From Octopus sinensis (lineage: Eukaryota), in assembly GCF_006345805.1 (NCBI RefSeq), contig NC_043008.1, positions 42,656,001 to 42,720,000 of the forward strand: 64,000 bases of DNA, in the 5' to 3' direction. The position numbers and the translations under genes are program-made. The notes beneath the pieces are model-generated. The model searched no databases. It was not told where the DNA came from and was given only the letters and a program-made list of their open reading frames with translations. How positions within the stretch are numbered: position 1 is the stretch's first letter; each line of letters begins with the position of its first letter. Shown here piece by piece: positions 39,591 through 52,600 of the stretch.

Positions 39591-40407
39591 CTGTGTGTGT
39601 ACATATACGTATGTATACTCACATACACACACATAGATATAGTCATATATATTAATACACACATGCACACATAGTCCCAAAAACACATACAGTCTATCGC
39701 AAATATGTACATGTATATCTTATATACATAGATACACACATACATACATACATACATACATACGTACACATCCATACGTAGACATGTGTATGTAAACACA
39801 CACATACACTAACATATATATGTGTGTGTGTATGTGTGTATGTATGTATGTATGTATGTATGTATGTATGTATGTACGTATATATGTATGTATGTATGTA
39901 TAATCTTTTACACGACTAGTTTTTCGTCGCCGTCGTCTTACAGACCCACCTTGGACTATAGATTTCTTCCAAGTTTATATTCTTACACAGGAATATAAAC
40001 ATATCTAAGATCTTGTAATTCAAAGCTAAAGCAAACATTAACTTTTCGTTCTTTGTATTTTCCATAACCATCAGACTTCCGCCGTTCCCTCGAGAAATTA
40101 GTCCACCAGTATGTTGCTTTCATTAGGCACTAAATTCAATGATTGAAAGAACTACAAAATGCTAAGTAACGACACCAAGTGAAATAAATAGAGATTTTAA
40201 GAAGTTTATTAAGAATTATAGCCGTTGTCTTAACAACTTTTGCAGAAGTTTCTTGATTTTAAGATCACTTTACTAAATCAGTTCTTTTTTGTGAATCTTG
40301 TAATAAATTTTTCCAACGAGACGTAAATACGAATTTAAAATAAATAAATTTGTCTGCGTCAGTGTGTGAGGTGCATGCCTGCATATGTGTATGTATGTAT
40401 ATATATA

Positions 40408-40503
<96 letters not shown>

Positions 40504-41979
40504 TATGTATGTATATACGTGTGGGGGTGTCTTGTGGGGGTGGGTATGGATGTGTCTGTCTGTCTTCGTAGGAACAGAAATCCTTATATATACTGAAATA
40601 CTTATGCGTATCTCTGTACACATGTACATATACAAATACACACATGCACGTACATTTCGACATACACCATCGCATACACACACACATATACACGTATATA
40701 TATATACATACAAACCAATTTATACATATATATATACATAAATATGATGCACATATATACACACACACATATATATATATACACACATACACAGACACAA
40801 AAACACGCATGCATACACACAAACAAACAAACACATACAGACACACGCACACACACACATATATATAAGAAGTGTATAAAGTCACAAATGACAGAGAAAT
40901 AGTTTAATGAAATTTGATATAGCAATATGCAAATTCAGATATCACAACAAATTGTTTCGTAGCTTAAAACATTTAAAGGATTTATATTGTTATATTTCAT
41001 AAGAAATAAATTGCTCACAAGTCTGTATTAATGTAGAAATGTCTACGATGGCAAAGTCCCTTGACTGTAGTCGCTTCTTACGTCCAAAACAAAAGCAGCA
41101 GATCTACTTGCTTTTTGGTCCAAACAACAACATAGAGTCTTCTCTTTTGCCTAAGTCTCTTTGATATTGACACAGAGACTCTCCAAGAGAGCCATGTCTT
41201 TTATTGTTGATTCGCTTTCCTCGTCGCAATAAAGGAAACAAAAGCATATCTTCTGAAGTGAAATTTTTCGGAAATGGAAAAGGAAAACAAACAGCAACAG
41301 AATGCAAACTTTGGTATGTCCTAAGTTTTATTGATAAAACTTTGCGAAAAAAAAAACAGTGGATTCTTTAATGTATGAAAGGAAAGTCATGAGGACCATG
41401 TAATCAATAGCTGTCGCAGTTGTCATTGAGTCTTTTTCGTTCTACATTTCATCTGTCAACATCCAAAGAGGACATTCCGTTGACAGAAACGTCCAAATTT
41501 TCATGGCAAAGAACCAAAATACGGCACAAAAATTGGATGTCAAAGAATGAACTGAGCACGAAATATTTTTGATGTAAGAAAACAAGACAACTAAATACTT
41601 TTACGTGATCATTTGGTTTTCTGGAAAGAGTAGCGAAACCTCCCTCTGATCACAGACTGTTATCTTGACAAAGGAGAGTACAGGTTTTATCACGCAGTCC
41701 AAGACTGATCAATAGAGTTCCTTATTACAGATCAAATGTGTTTCATTATTGATTGAAGGACGAAACAACAACTGCTGTAAAAATGGTTATAGTAGTCGTA
41801 TTATAAAGCAGTTCTCATGGAAAAGGGAAGAAGTTACACAATATTTTGTCTTTTTCGAGAACAGATTAGGTGACTAATTGAATCTTGATGACGATAATTT
41901 CGTAAGTATGGAGGTTTGCAGATTATTTATGAATTCCCAAAGAATAAAGACATCAAAACAGTGTTTCTCTGACTAATCC

Positions 41980-42690
41980 TAGACCCCACTCATACGACCT
42001 CTGATTGTGAAAGATGCCAATGAAAAGATTCTGCAACTCTTCCTGTTATAGGAAATAAAGTTTACATTTTAAAATCTTTATAACCATCTTGATATCATCC
42101 AGAAGAGATTCGATCCTAAACCTGCGCTCTTTCAATTCCACACATCGAAATACATTACATGAGAAATCGTGCATTTTTTTAAAAGCAGGACCCCAGAAAT
42201 ATTTCCAGTGGAACGCATCATTTGAACGTATGACGGGTTGTAGAATACAAAAATCGTGGTACACATTCACTCTTAAATACATTCCAGCAGATTTGAAGAT
42301 GAATTGGTTTACTGCTGTATTTCGTTTTTGGAGAACTTCAGGCGATGTGTGTTAGAAGCACACTCTATTCGCTGACATAGTGAGACTTTGAATCACCGCT
42401 GTTACGGCATCGTTATGCCATGTCAGTGAAAACTACCCCATGTTTTGTGAATGTAAGCCACACTACTCGTCCTTCTTTACAGAATTCATCAAATCCACCG
42501 GAACGTGTTGTCCATCATCATTTGATCCATTCTGTTTTATGTGCTTATAATAATCTAAATGATCAACATCAAATCATAATTCCTTCCAGTTTCTGCTGCA
42601 CCACCAGACGCATCTCTGCATTTCTTGAGTGCCATAAGGGATTCTCATTTGAAATCGTCGAATGACCCTTGTATATATAACGTCTGTGCT
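41980..42690 (-). mobile_element. Possible very degenerate mariner-like transposon
   Basis: Minus strand starts TA-CAAGGGTCATTCGA (mariner-TIR-like); frameshifted TFRWI.EF...GR (HTH region) and LKERRF...DDIK near the end. Weak similarity only. Confidence 0.3.
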
Positions 42691-43073
42691 TTAGTTTCTA
42701 TTGTGTTTTCGTTTAACTGTGTCCTTTATTGTGTGCCACAGATGCATGCGATGTGAGTAGCGTTACTTCGTAGTGTCATATAAATGTTGTGTGTGTAGCG
42801 TTGAGTGGTGGATGGGTAAAGTGAGTGGTGTGTGTGTGTTTGGTACCATCTGTTTCAGTTGGACAGAAGTATGTTGTCTATCTGTTTTGTGTGTTGTAAT
42901 GTGTTGTAACACACACACACTCACACACTTACACACAAACCCGGTTAACACTTTCCTAGTCAATTCACCTAACTCCGGAAATGTAGGTAACTGGAGATAA
43001 TTAATATGGCATAAGTCAAGTTAAATATGTCATTAACTATCTCCATTACTAATTACTGTAATTAAAATGTATC

Positions 43074-43620
43074 ATGATGCCAGTGAAATCGACGATGAAA
43101 GCAATGATGGCGACATCGACCACGACAACAATGATGAGAATACCACGACGATATGGCTATGACATGGATGATGGAAATGATGATGACGGTGGTGATGATG
43201 ATGATGAGGATAAGGATGATGAAAACGATGAGGATTATGATGGTAGTGGTGGCTGTGGTGGCGTTGCTTGTTGTGGTGGAAGTGATGAAGATGATGATGG
43301 TGGTGATGATGATGACAATGATGATGATGATGAACAGGAGGAGGATGATAACGATGACTATGATGATGATGGTGGTGTTGCTTGTTGTGGTGGAAGCGAT
43401 GAAGATGATGATTGTGGTGATGATGATGACAATGATGATGAACAGGAGGAGGAGGATGATAACGATGACGATGATGATGATGGTGGTGCTGGTTGTTGTG
43501 GTGGAAGCGATGAAGATGATGATGAAGATGATGGTAATAATGATGACAATGATGATAATGATTCCGACGATGACGATGATGATGATGCTGTTGATGTTGG
43601 TGACGGCAGTAAATGTTTGA
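43074..43620 (+). repeat. (GAT/GGT)-rich higher-order tandem repeat, 3 units of 111-114 bp; acidic 193-aa ORF
   Basis: ttgttgtggtggaag recurs at 43268, 43382 and 43493; ORF repeats CCGGSDEDDD three times. Confidence 0.85.
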
Positions 43621-44243
43621 TGTTATTGTTGTTATCAGGAGAAGATAAGTGTTAATGCCGGCAGCAGAAGAAAACGGTGTTAGGAAGGAACACCCGAAAC
43701 GTGAAGAGATAACCGAACGAATGAGAGGCGGCGGGGTACGGCGGCGGAAACCGGCTTTCACAAACAGAACATATACATGTGTGTGTATATACATGTGTAT
43801 ACGTCTATTAATTATGACAAGGATATATATATATCCGTATGTGTATGCGAGTGTGTATAATCAGGTAACAATAAATATGTTTGTGTGTGTATGTTACTAA
43901 ATGCATGTGTATTTAAGTATAACATAATGTGTATAAACAGGTGTGTGTGTGAGTGCATCATGTAATGGCCATAAATACATGTGTGAGTGCCAGCGCGCGC
44001 GATTGTGTGGCAGAATATCGATAAACATGTCTCACTCCATGTGCGTTCGAGTGTTATAAAGCCGAAGTATACATGTTATTGAGTTTTAAGGTTTGTACGA
44101 TTAAACGTATACATATAAATACATGTGTGTGTGTATAAGTATGTACGCATAAACGCATGTGAGTCTGCACGCCCATGTACGTACACATCGCACCCATGCA
44201 CAGATACAAATGGAATGTTCATATATAGATACACATATACTCA

Positions 44244-44283
<40 letters not shown>

Positions 44284-44380
44284 CATATATATGTATATAC
44301 GTATATACGTATATTTGTGTATATACGTATATATATGTATTTATAAGTATATGAATGTATGTATACGTGTGTGCGTGTGT

Positions 44381-44425
<45 letters not shown>

Positions 44426-45019
44426 ATACAAATATGCATATATAGATACATATTTCATGCATGATCATACGATTAAGGCATCCGCCATTTAATACGATAT
44501 GAAAACAGCCAAACTAGCCTGAAGAAAGTACAACAGTCTCAATAAATTGTGGGTGTATATGTATATTCGTATTTATGAATATATGTATAGTTTGCATACA
44601 TATATGTGTATATGTATGTGTGTGAATTTGTGGTTGTGTCTATATATGTCTGTTTTCCAGTCTATCTGTCTGCTTGTTTGTATGTATATATATATGTATG
44701 TATGTACGTATGTATGTATGTGTCTATGTATGTTTGTGTTTTGTTTGAATGTTTGTTTCAGTATTTTTGTTTTTGTTTGTGCCTGTAGTATGAAAGGTAA
44801 TCAAGGAATTAGCCTAATTAAACGGCGAATGAAATAATGCAATAAAGAAAAGAGATAACGAGTGAGAGAGAGAGAGGGGGAGATAATAAGGGCAGGAGCG
44901 TTGCTTGGTGACGGTGTGAGGGGCAGTACGAAAGAAAGATGAAAGAGGCCAAGTAATGAGAAATGGCAGATATATAAGAAATCTATAACGCTGTGAATAT
45001 AATGGAATTGGTATGTTGT

Positions 45020-45205
45020 TTGTTGTAGGTGGCGGCGGCGGTTGCGGCGGCGATGATAATGATGTTGATGATGATGATGGTAGTCATGTTGGTGGTGGTG
45101 ATGGTGGTGTTGGTGTTGGTGGTGGTGTTGGTGGTGGTGCTGGTGGTGTTGGTGGTGGTGATGGTGGTGGTGTTCATGCTGGTGCTGGGGGCGGTGGTGG
45201 GGGTT
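45020..45205. repeat. (GGT/GAT)n trinucleotide microsatellite
   Basis: Direct. Confidence 0.9.
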
Positions 45206-45926
45206 ATCGCTGTTGTTTCTATTGAATTTCCTCACCTAGCCATATTCTTCATCATTTCTAAAGTAGAGTGTTGCTCATCGGTCATTCCGTACAAAAACAA
45301 AAAACGTAGGAGAATGTAGGAGCCATCGAGGGATGGTCTACTCTGTAGTCAGACCTGCTAGACATAGCAGCCAACATATACCACAGATCAAATACCGTCA
45401 TCATTCATTACAAAGAAGAAAGGAGTGATTACGTAATGTATTCGTATGTGCATTAAAATTGTGCTTTTCATGCCTGGAACGCCTTTGTTTATAAAACTGC
45501 GTTATTAGGGTTGACTGGAACTAAATATCAACAATTATATACAATATATGTCCAGGTCGTCTAAGATTTAAAATGTGATAAAATCAGAGCTGTTATTTAT
45601 ATATATATAATACTGATAGGTTTCGAAGAAAAACGACTACACGAAGAATAAATAGGGGTAAAGTGAAAAGAAAACAGAAAATGCACAAAATGTTCTATTA
45701 CACCCAACAACGTTTGGAAATCGGTATTCACTCAAAGCCAGTCATCAACTCTGACGATACCGGTATGACTTTAAATCTTTATAATGATTCATAACAGAGA
45801 TTTATATACTTCATAATTCCACCACAAATAATCGAATTGTATGTATATATCTTTGATTTTCTTTAAAAAAAGCTATTATATTTCATATCTAATGTCCATT
45901 TACTCTGTTTTCTTTTTAGTTTTCCG

Positions 45927-45993
<67 letters not shown>

Positions 45994-46179
45994 GTTCCAG
46001 AATGGAGAGGGATACCAACACTTCCGACTTGAGCAATTGTAAAGATCCCCTCATATGAAACCATTGGTAGACTTGTTAACTCACAAATAAAAAATATTTA
46101 TCCAACAATGGGGTGTTGATCATATATATATATATATATATATATATAATGTATAAGGGTGAAAGGAACACACGAGTTG

Positions 46180-47041
46180 ATATATATGAAAAAACAAGTC
46201 AAAAATAGAAACTGCTAAAATAATTTTATAGTGAACATTTCAGTACCGGTTTCGGTCATTTTGAGACCTTTTCAACTGTAACGATTAAATAATTAAATTT
46301 AGAAAAATTAGAAGAAAAGTTTTTTTAAAGGAATATTTCTATAGTAGTGTTCAGATATAAGTGGCATTCTGCCTTTCTCTGACTCCCTTGTTTGCACTTG
46401 TGTGTTCGAGGTCGTTGTGAGTTCTTGGTAGGGTAGAAGAAGAAGAAGGCTGATGAGGAAAGGGGGTGGCAAAATCTGGGAGTGCCCTGATGGTCGTATT
46501 TTGAATGGTCAGTGGCGGCTAGCAGTCGCAGTTCAATTCAGGAGAATATTTCTATTGAAAGGCTTGTTTATGGAATTTGCGTAGGTGTTATACTAAAAAA
46601 CATTACCTTCTACCCCTTAACTTTGTCGCTAATGTTTTTTAGTATAACACCTACGCAAATTCCATAAACAAGCCTTTCAATAGAAATATTCTCCTGAATT
46701 GAACTGCGACTGCTAGCCGCCACTGACCATTCAAAATACGACCATCAGGGCACTCCCAGATTTTGCCACCCCCTTTCCTCATCAGCCTTCTTCTTCTTCT
46801 ACCCTACCAGAACTCACAACGACCTCGAACACACAAGTGCAACAAGGGAGTCAGAGAAAGGCAGAATGCCACTTATATCTGAACACTACTATAGAAATAT
46901 TCCTTTAAAAAAAACTTTTCTTCTAATTTTTCTAAATTTAATTATTTAATCGTTACAGTTGAAAAGGTCTCAAAATGACCGAACCGGTACTGAAATGTTC
47001 ACTATAAAATTATTTTAGCATTTTCTATTTTTGACTTGTTT

Positions 47042-47053
<12 letters not shown>
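46180..47053. mobile_element. Near-perfect 874-bp fold-back (PLE-like inverted terminus); ~425-bp arms, 24-nt loop
   Basis: 46180-46605 is the reverse complement of 46630-47053 apart from about 4 differences; loop ccttctaccccttaactttgtcgc; an HHR lies near each outer end. Confidence 0.95.
46236..46282 (-). ncRNA. Type-I hammerhead ribozyme motif with compensatory U3:A8 core
   Basis: Minus strand CGTTACAG-TTGAAAA-GGTC tcaaaat GACC-GAAAC CG GTA-CTGAAATG; helix I pairs at 7 of 8 positions, 4-bp helix II, palindrome ACCGGT. The mirror at 46951-46997 (+) lacks one A. Confidence 0.75.
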
Positions 47054-47106
<53 letters not shown>

Positions 47107-47154
47107 GTGGTGTGTGTGTGTGTGTGTATGTATTTATGTATGCATTTATATATA

Positions 47155-47205
<51 letters not shown>

Positions 47206-47288
47206 CAATGTTTCCTATGAGCTAAATCTTACTTTGCGACGCTAAAAGATAGAAAGGAAAATGCGAAAGAAAATAAAGTGAATAGAGA

Positions 47289-47301
47289 GGAAGTGACGTC
47301 A
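47289..47301 (+). promoter_or_regulatory. Overlapping ETS-CRE motif GGAAGTGACGTCA
   Basis: Exact 13-mer containing a full palindromic CRE, in a locally CpG-enriched unique segment. Confidence 0.4.
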
Positions 47302-47822
47302 GTTGGATAGGAAAGAATTGAAACAAACTCCATTTTATTTCTCGAGTGCAAGAAACGACGCAAAACCGAAAATATAAAATGTATTTAAAATTTTTATGAA
47401 ACATGCATGTATCTAAATTAAATATACTTTTTCAATTACTGAACAAATTAGATTCGTGAATATTCATTCACGAATTACTGAACTTTGTTCTCTACATGTG
47501 TTCGTGCAAAGAGAGTTTGAACAATGCATTTTTGCTCCCTCTGTGATCACATTCTTATAATGTTTGTTACGTTTACTGTTTGCCTTCGCCAACATCCATC
47601 TTCCTTCCTAATTTTATTATGAACACAAATATTGTTTATAATGGAACCATGAGTATAACTTACATCCTCTACTCCGATGTATGAAGCTCAATTACCAAAG
47701 ATCTGTTACAACCAAAGTTAAACCTTACTTTTATATACAGAACATTACTGAAATAACACACACCGGCTTGGATTTCTTTAGATACAACCTATGCATAATA
47801 TATATATATATATAGATATAAT

Positions 47823-47854
<32 letters not shown>

Positions 47855-47881
47855 CATATATATATTTATATATATTGTTTT

Positions 47882-47917
<36 letters not shown>

Positions 47918-47989
47918 GGTTTTACATATACATATATATTGTTTTAATTTCAACGTGACATAAGATTTAACTTTGCTTCATGAAAAAGT

Positions 47990-48050
47990 CACGTGTGCTT
48001 TGAGAGAGATTCGGCACGTGTGCTTTGAGAGACATTGTTGCCACGGTAAC
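47990..48050. promoter_or_regulatory. Duplicated E-box (CACGTG x2, 25-bp direct repeat) followed by RFX X-box GTTGCCACGGTAAC
   Basis: cacgtgtgctttgagaga at 47990 and 48015; 48037-48050 fits GTNRCC(N0-3)RGYAAC. Confidence 0.4.
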
Positions 48051-48439
48051 GGAACCTTTGACATTGCAGACATTCCTCATATAGCAATTGCTCGGCGGCA
48101 ACTCTTCCATAACATCTCATTAGGGGAAGTTATATAATCCAACATGGACACAAATTCATATCAAATGATTTCCTCGACATAATGTGCTAGGATACTCCGA
48201 GGTAAACGATATGTAGACGTTGTATCTGCTAGAAATAAGAGGCAAAGCTTTCTTGAATTAAACCCTCAAGAAGATAGTTCTGCATATCATGAATTGTCAC
48301 GCTTTAAATACCTTTGGTAACACTCTGTAACATGTTTTTGTCCTTGGATAGGAACTGTTATTTCCAATTTACTTATCTTTAGAAAGTATGAAAAATAGTT
48401 AATATTTCCTTCAAACTCGGTTTTTGCTATGATATTTAT

Positions 48440-48640
48440 TAAAACCTAGCAACACATGGCTATGATGCTCCCCCATTACTCATGCTTTTGATGAGAAATG
48501 TTGCACATATTGTCAGCCGCTGAGGGCCATGTTCAAATTGTCATGCAACTGACTAACAAATCTGTGGTACTAAGACCAATATTTGCGATAAAGATATTTT
48601 TACTGCAGCGACTCAGCGATAAATCTTTCTGAAATGTAAT
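48440..48640. repeat. Unclassified interspersed repeat, degenerate partial copy of 50200-50715
   Basis: catggctatgatgctccc...gcacatat(t/c)gtcag...aaatctgtggta shared with 50510-50640. Confidence 0.7.
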
Positions 48641-49044
48641 GGAAAATAGGTCAGTTTCAAACATTGACGTCCAGATCACAAAAGCAAAGTTTCAAGGGAA
48701 TAGTGTTCATTTCATTTGATTTCTAGATAGAAGCAAACAGGAAATAACACTCACAGACCAAAGGCAAATAATAAAAATCTTGTAATAGATTTATAGGGAT
48801 TGACAGTTCCTCAGCACCTAAACAACAAAAATGACAACAACAGCGTCATCACATCGTTTTATCAAAAGCGAAATATGAAGCATAAGAATGTAGGGTATGA
48901 TCAAAGTATTAGATCGTTATGGCAGCAGATTTACAATGCTACATGTCTGTATCAGAATTGTATAATATATCAAACAAAAGGGTTGTTATAAATAACTAAA
49001 TTACCTGTTTAACTAATAGATTCAAATTCCTACACAAATCTAAC

Positions 49045-49207
49045 AAGTTGTGGGTTGATGGTGGGTTAAGTCGATTACAACAAACACAGTGTTGAACTGG
49101 TCTTTATCTTATCCACTCCGAAACGGCGAAAGGCAAAGTCGATCTTCATGGAATTTGAACTCAGAAAGTAAAAACGTACGAACAGATTCTGCAAGCCCAC
49201 TGTCTTG
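49045..49207 (-). mobile_element. SINE family S1, degenerate
   Basis: gaaaggcaaagtcgatc...ggaatttgaactcag. Confidence 0.75.
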
Positions 49208-49223
49208 AAGATGCTTAAATAAT

Positions 49224-49637
49224 GAGTGGCTGTGTGGTAGGTAGCTTGCTTACCAACCACATGGCTCCGGGTTCAGTCCCACTGTGTAGTACCTTGAGCA
49301 AGTGTCTTCTACTATAGCCTCAGGCAGACCAAAGCCTTGTGAGTGGATTTGGTAGACGGAAAGTGAAAAGCAGCCTGTCGTATATATGTATATGTATATA
49401 TATATGTATGCATGTGTATATCTTTGTGTGTCAGTGTTTGTCCACCCAACATCGCTTGATAACTGATGCTGGTGTGTTTACGTCCTCCCAGTAACTTAGC
49501 GGTTCAGCAAAAGACACCGATAGAATAAGTACTAGGCTTGCAAAGAATAAGTCCTGGGGTCGATTTGCTCGACTAAAGGCGGTGCTCCAGCATGGCCACA
49601 GTCAAATGACTGAAACAAGTAGAAGAGTAAAAGAGTA
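49224..49637 (+). mobile_element. SINE family S3, full length (tRNA-like head, CORE-like segment, internal TA/TG tract, LINE-like tail)
   Basis: gagtggctgtgtggtagg...gggttcagtccc; accttgagcaagtgtctt; ends ggtgctccagcatggccacagtcaaatgactgaaacaagtagaagagtaaaagagta. Confidence 0.9.
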
Positions 49638-50199
49638 TTCTGTTATTTTATTGAAAATGTTTAGCGTTAACGGAGAATGTGGTTAAACAGTTAACTAAAC
49701 TGTAGACAATGTACCGAATTATGATTAGGGATTTCAATATTTGCAAAGACTCTTAAACCAAACTGTTTCTAACGAAATAACAATTATTCAGTGAATGGAA
49801 GATAGATGTAGTTAAACAAAAGAAAAACAGATTAAGCCCTATGGTTTCTAGTGGTTATTTGTCAACAAATTTGAAGAAGAATTTTAGGCAAGATATTGGA
49901 ACTGATAATGGCAAGCTTAGATTCTGAAAGAATAAAAAACTGACAATGTATCTAAGTTCTCCTAATTGACAATACATTTCCAAGTGGAATGTAAGAAATA
50001 ATCTGCCTAAATACAGTTGAAGATCTCATTAGCGATGAGCTGCATGACGTAACTTCTTCAGATATCTTTGTAACATATTCTATTCTAACTGCTATGAACG
50101 GAATGTCTAAGCGTATATACTGCTGTAGAAACGCGAAAAGAGATTAAAGCATTTTCTTATAATCATCATCGTGATGATGATTATCTTATAATCATCATT

Positions 50200-50715
50200 A
50201 TGAAGAAGAGAGCAGTGCATGCTGGGCTACACTGGACTACAAATGTACGAAGCCCAGTATACTCATCACGACTACCCATCTGATAAGGGTACACCAGGTA
50301 CATTCATCACAAACATATGTGCACGACACAGTGATCTCATATCAACATTAACAGCACATGACCTTGCAGGTAGAGCCCAGTTATAATTTTTTTCAGATCG
50401 AGTAGCCCACCCCGCTCAAAAGGTCCCTGAATAAGGGCTGTTTAAGTATGTTGAACTAAACACCTATGTTTCGAAACTTGAATTATCCAAACCCCAAAGA
50501 CTTCCTCTCAACGCATGGCTATGATGCTCCCTCACTACTTCTGCTCGTGATCAGAGATGCACATATCGTCAGTCACCAAGGGACATGCTCAACTGGTTAA
50601 GGTCAAACAACTGACAAGTAAATCTGTGGTATTGAGCAGAATATTTGCTGAAGCCCATCTTTTATACCAAGACAAAACAATGTAAACGATAACACTTCCA
50701 TCATTTACACTGTGC
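50200..50715. repeat. Unclassified interspersed repeat (possibly a LINE 3' UTR)
   Basis: Second copy at 48440-48640; flanked by (ATC)n and (TCTA)n tracts. Confidence 0.6.
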
Positions 50716-50722
50716 GAGGTGC

Positions 50723-50778
<56 letters not shown>

Positions 50779-50779
50779 G

Positions 50780-50839
<60 letters not shown>

Positions 50840-51149
50840 CGACACTAGAAAAACACCCAACAACTGATGAAGGGTCATTCTTTCTGTTGCTTGTCTTGTT
50901 TTCCATTTCTGTTTTTCGTTGTTCGAAAAAATAGTTCATATTCTATGTACACATACTTCGTATTTTTTTTTGTACCCGGTTGTGACTTCCTGTGCACACA
51001 TGTGCATATATATATACGTATAGATGTAAGTATGTACATATCCGTGTGTATACATGTATATATCTATATTATTTATATTACTATATGGTTGAACGGCACG
51101 CATCCTATTCCAAGTAAGTTTTATTCGACGCACGCACACAACACATACA

Positions 51150-51186
<37 letters not shown>

Positions 51187-51261
51187 TATATATATATATT
51201 ATATATATATATATATATAATATATATATATATATAATATATATAATATATACACATATAT

Positions 51262-51605
51262 ACGACAGGCTTCTTTCTGTTTCCGTCTACCAAATCCAAT
51301 CACAAGGCTTTGGTCGGCCGTAGGATATAGCAGAGGACACTTGCCGAAGGTATGGCGCGCAGTGAGAATGAGCCCGGAACCATGCGGTTGGTAAGCCGTT
51401 TATTACACAGCCACCTTTACTACGGGCTTCTTGCTGTTTCCATCTACCAAATCCACTCACAAAGTTTTGGTAGGCCCGAGGCTATAGTAGAAGATACTTT
51501 CCGAACGTTCGATGTAGCGGGACTGAACTCGGATCCACGTGGCCGGGAAGGAAGCAAGTTACCATACAGCCACTTCAATGTGGGTCTGTTGTAGAAGACA
51601 TTTGC
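51262..51605 (-). mobile_element. SINE family S3 5' halves in tandem (two plus a partial third)
   Basis: ctaccaaatcca..cacaa..ctttggt...tatag.agaagacactt...acacagccac occurs at 51262-51415 and 51420-51572. Confidence 0.8.
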
Positions 51606-52600
51606 CAACGTTTTGTACTAAGCTAATGTCCTTGCCTCGCACCCAACTCTCTAACTCAGATTTATAGAAAACCTCTCTATAAATCACAAAGATTTTCATT
51701 TAGTCGGAAACTATCGTGTTATATTTATATCCGTAATCCTATTTCTATAGAATCTCTTCTTTTATAAATTTTCTGGAGATATTATCAGATCTACAGATTT
51801 GTCGACAGATCCATTATTGACCAGAAATTGATTGTATTAGAGATCAATTGATTTGCATAGTCTCATCAACAGATTACTTGATGAGATGCTGATATTGTGA
51901 ATGAGAATCTATTATATTGATACAGACAGTAATTTGTTGATCAGTTTGTTTGGCTGATGTTGTTTTCCCCGCCACCTTTTGTTTGATGATGTGGCGAGAT
52001 ATTTTCGGAGAAGAGGATTAGAGACAGCTATTTTGTTTGCAATCAAACATAACAGACGTTTTTTGCAGCTAAACAAATTTATTGTGCATCATGATGATAT
52101 AACGATGACGGGTCAATAGCTGGGAAAGGCAGGGACGTTGTGGGGGGGGGGCAGACTGACAGTAAACAGACATATATATACATATACATGTATTATATAA
52201 TATTTAGCTAGATTGCTAGCTTACTAGATTACATATATACGTATATATATATATGAGTGTGTGTATGTGTTTGCGAGCATACACATACATATATGTATGT
52301 ATGTATCTATGTATCTATCTATTTATGTATGTATACATATATGTAGGTATGTATGTATGTATTCATTCATATATGTAGATATGTATGTATGTATATATAC
52401 ATGTATGTATCATAACGTTGTAACTGTGGTGTATGCACGTCATAGTATGATGTCATAGAGCAAAATTTATTAAAGGGCAAGTTGATCTCATTGAAACCCT
52501 TGTAAATAGGCGCACACATACAAACACAGAACGCACACATATAGATATGCGCAAAGAGCTGAACTAACACACACACACACACATGCATATATGCACACTT

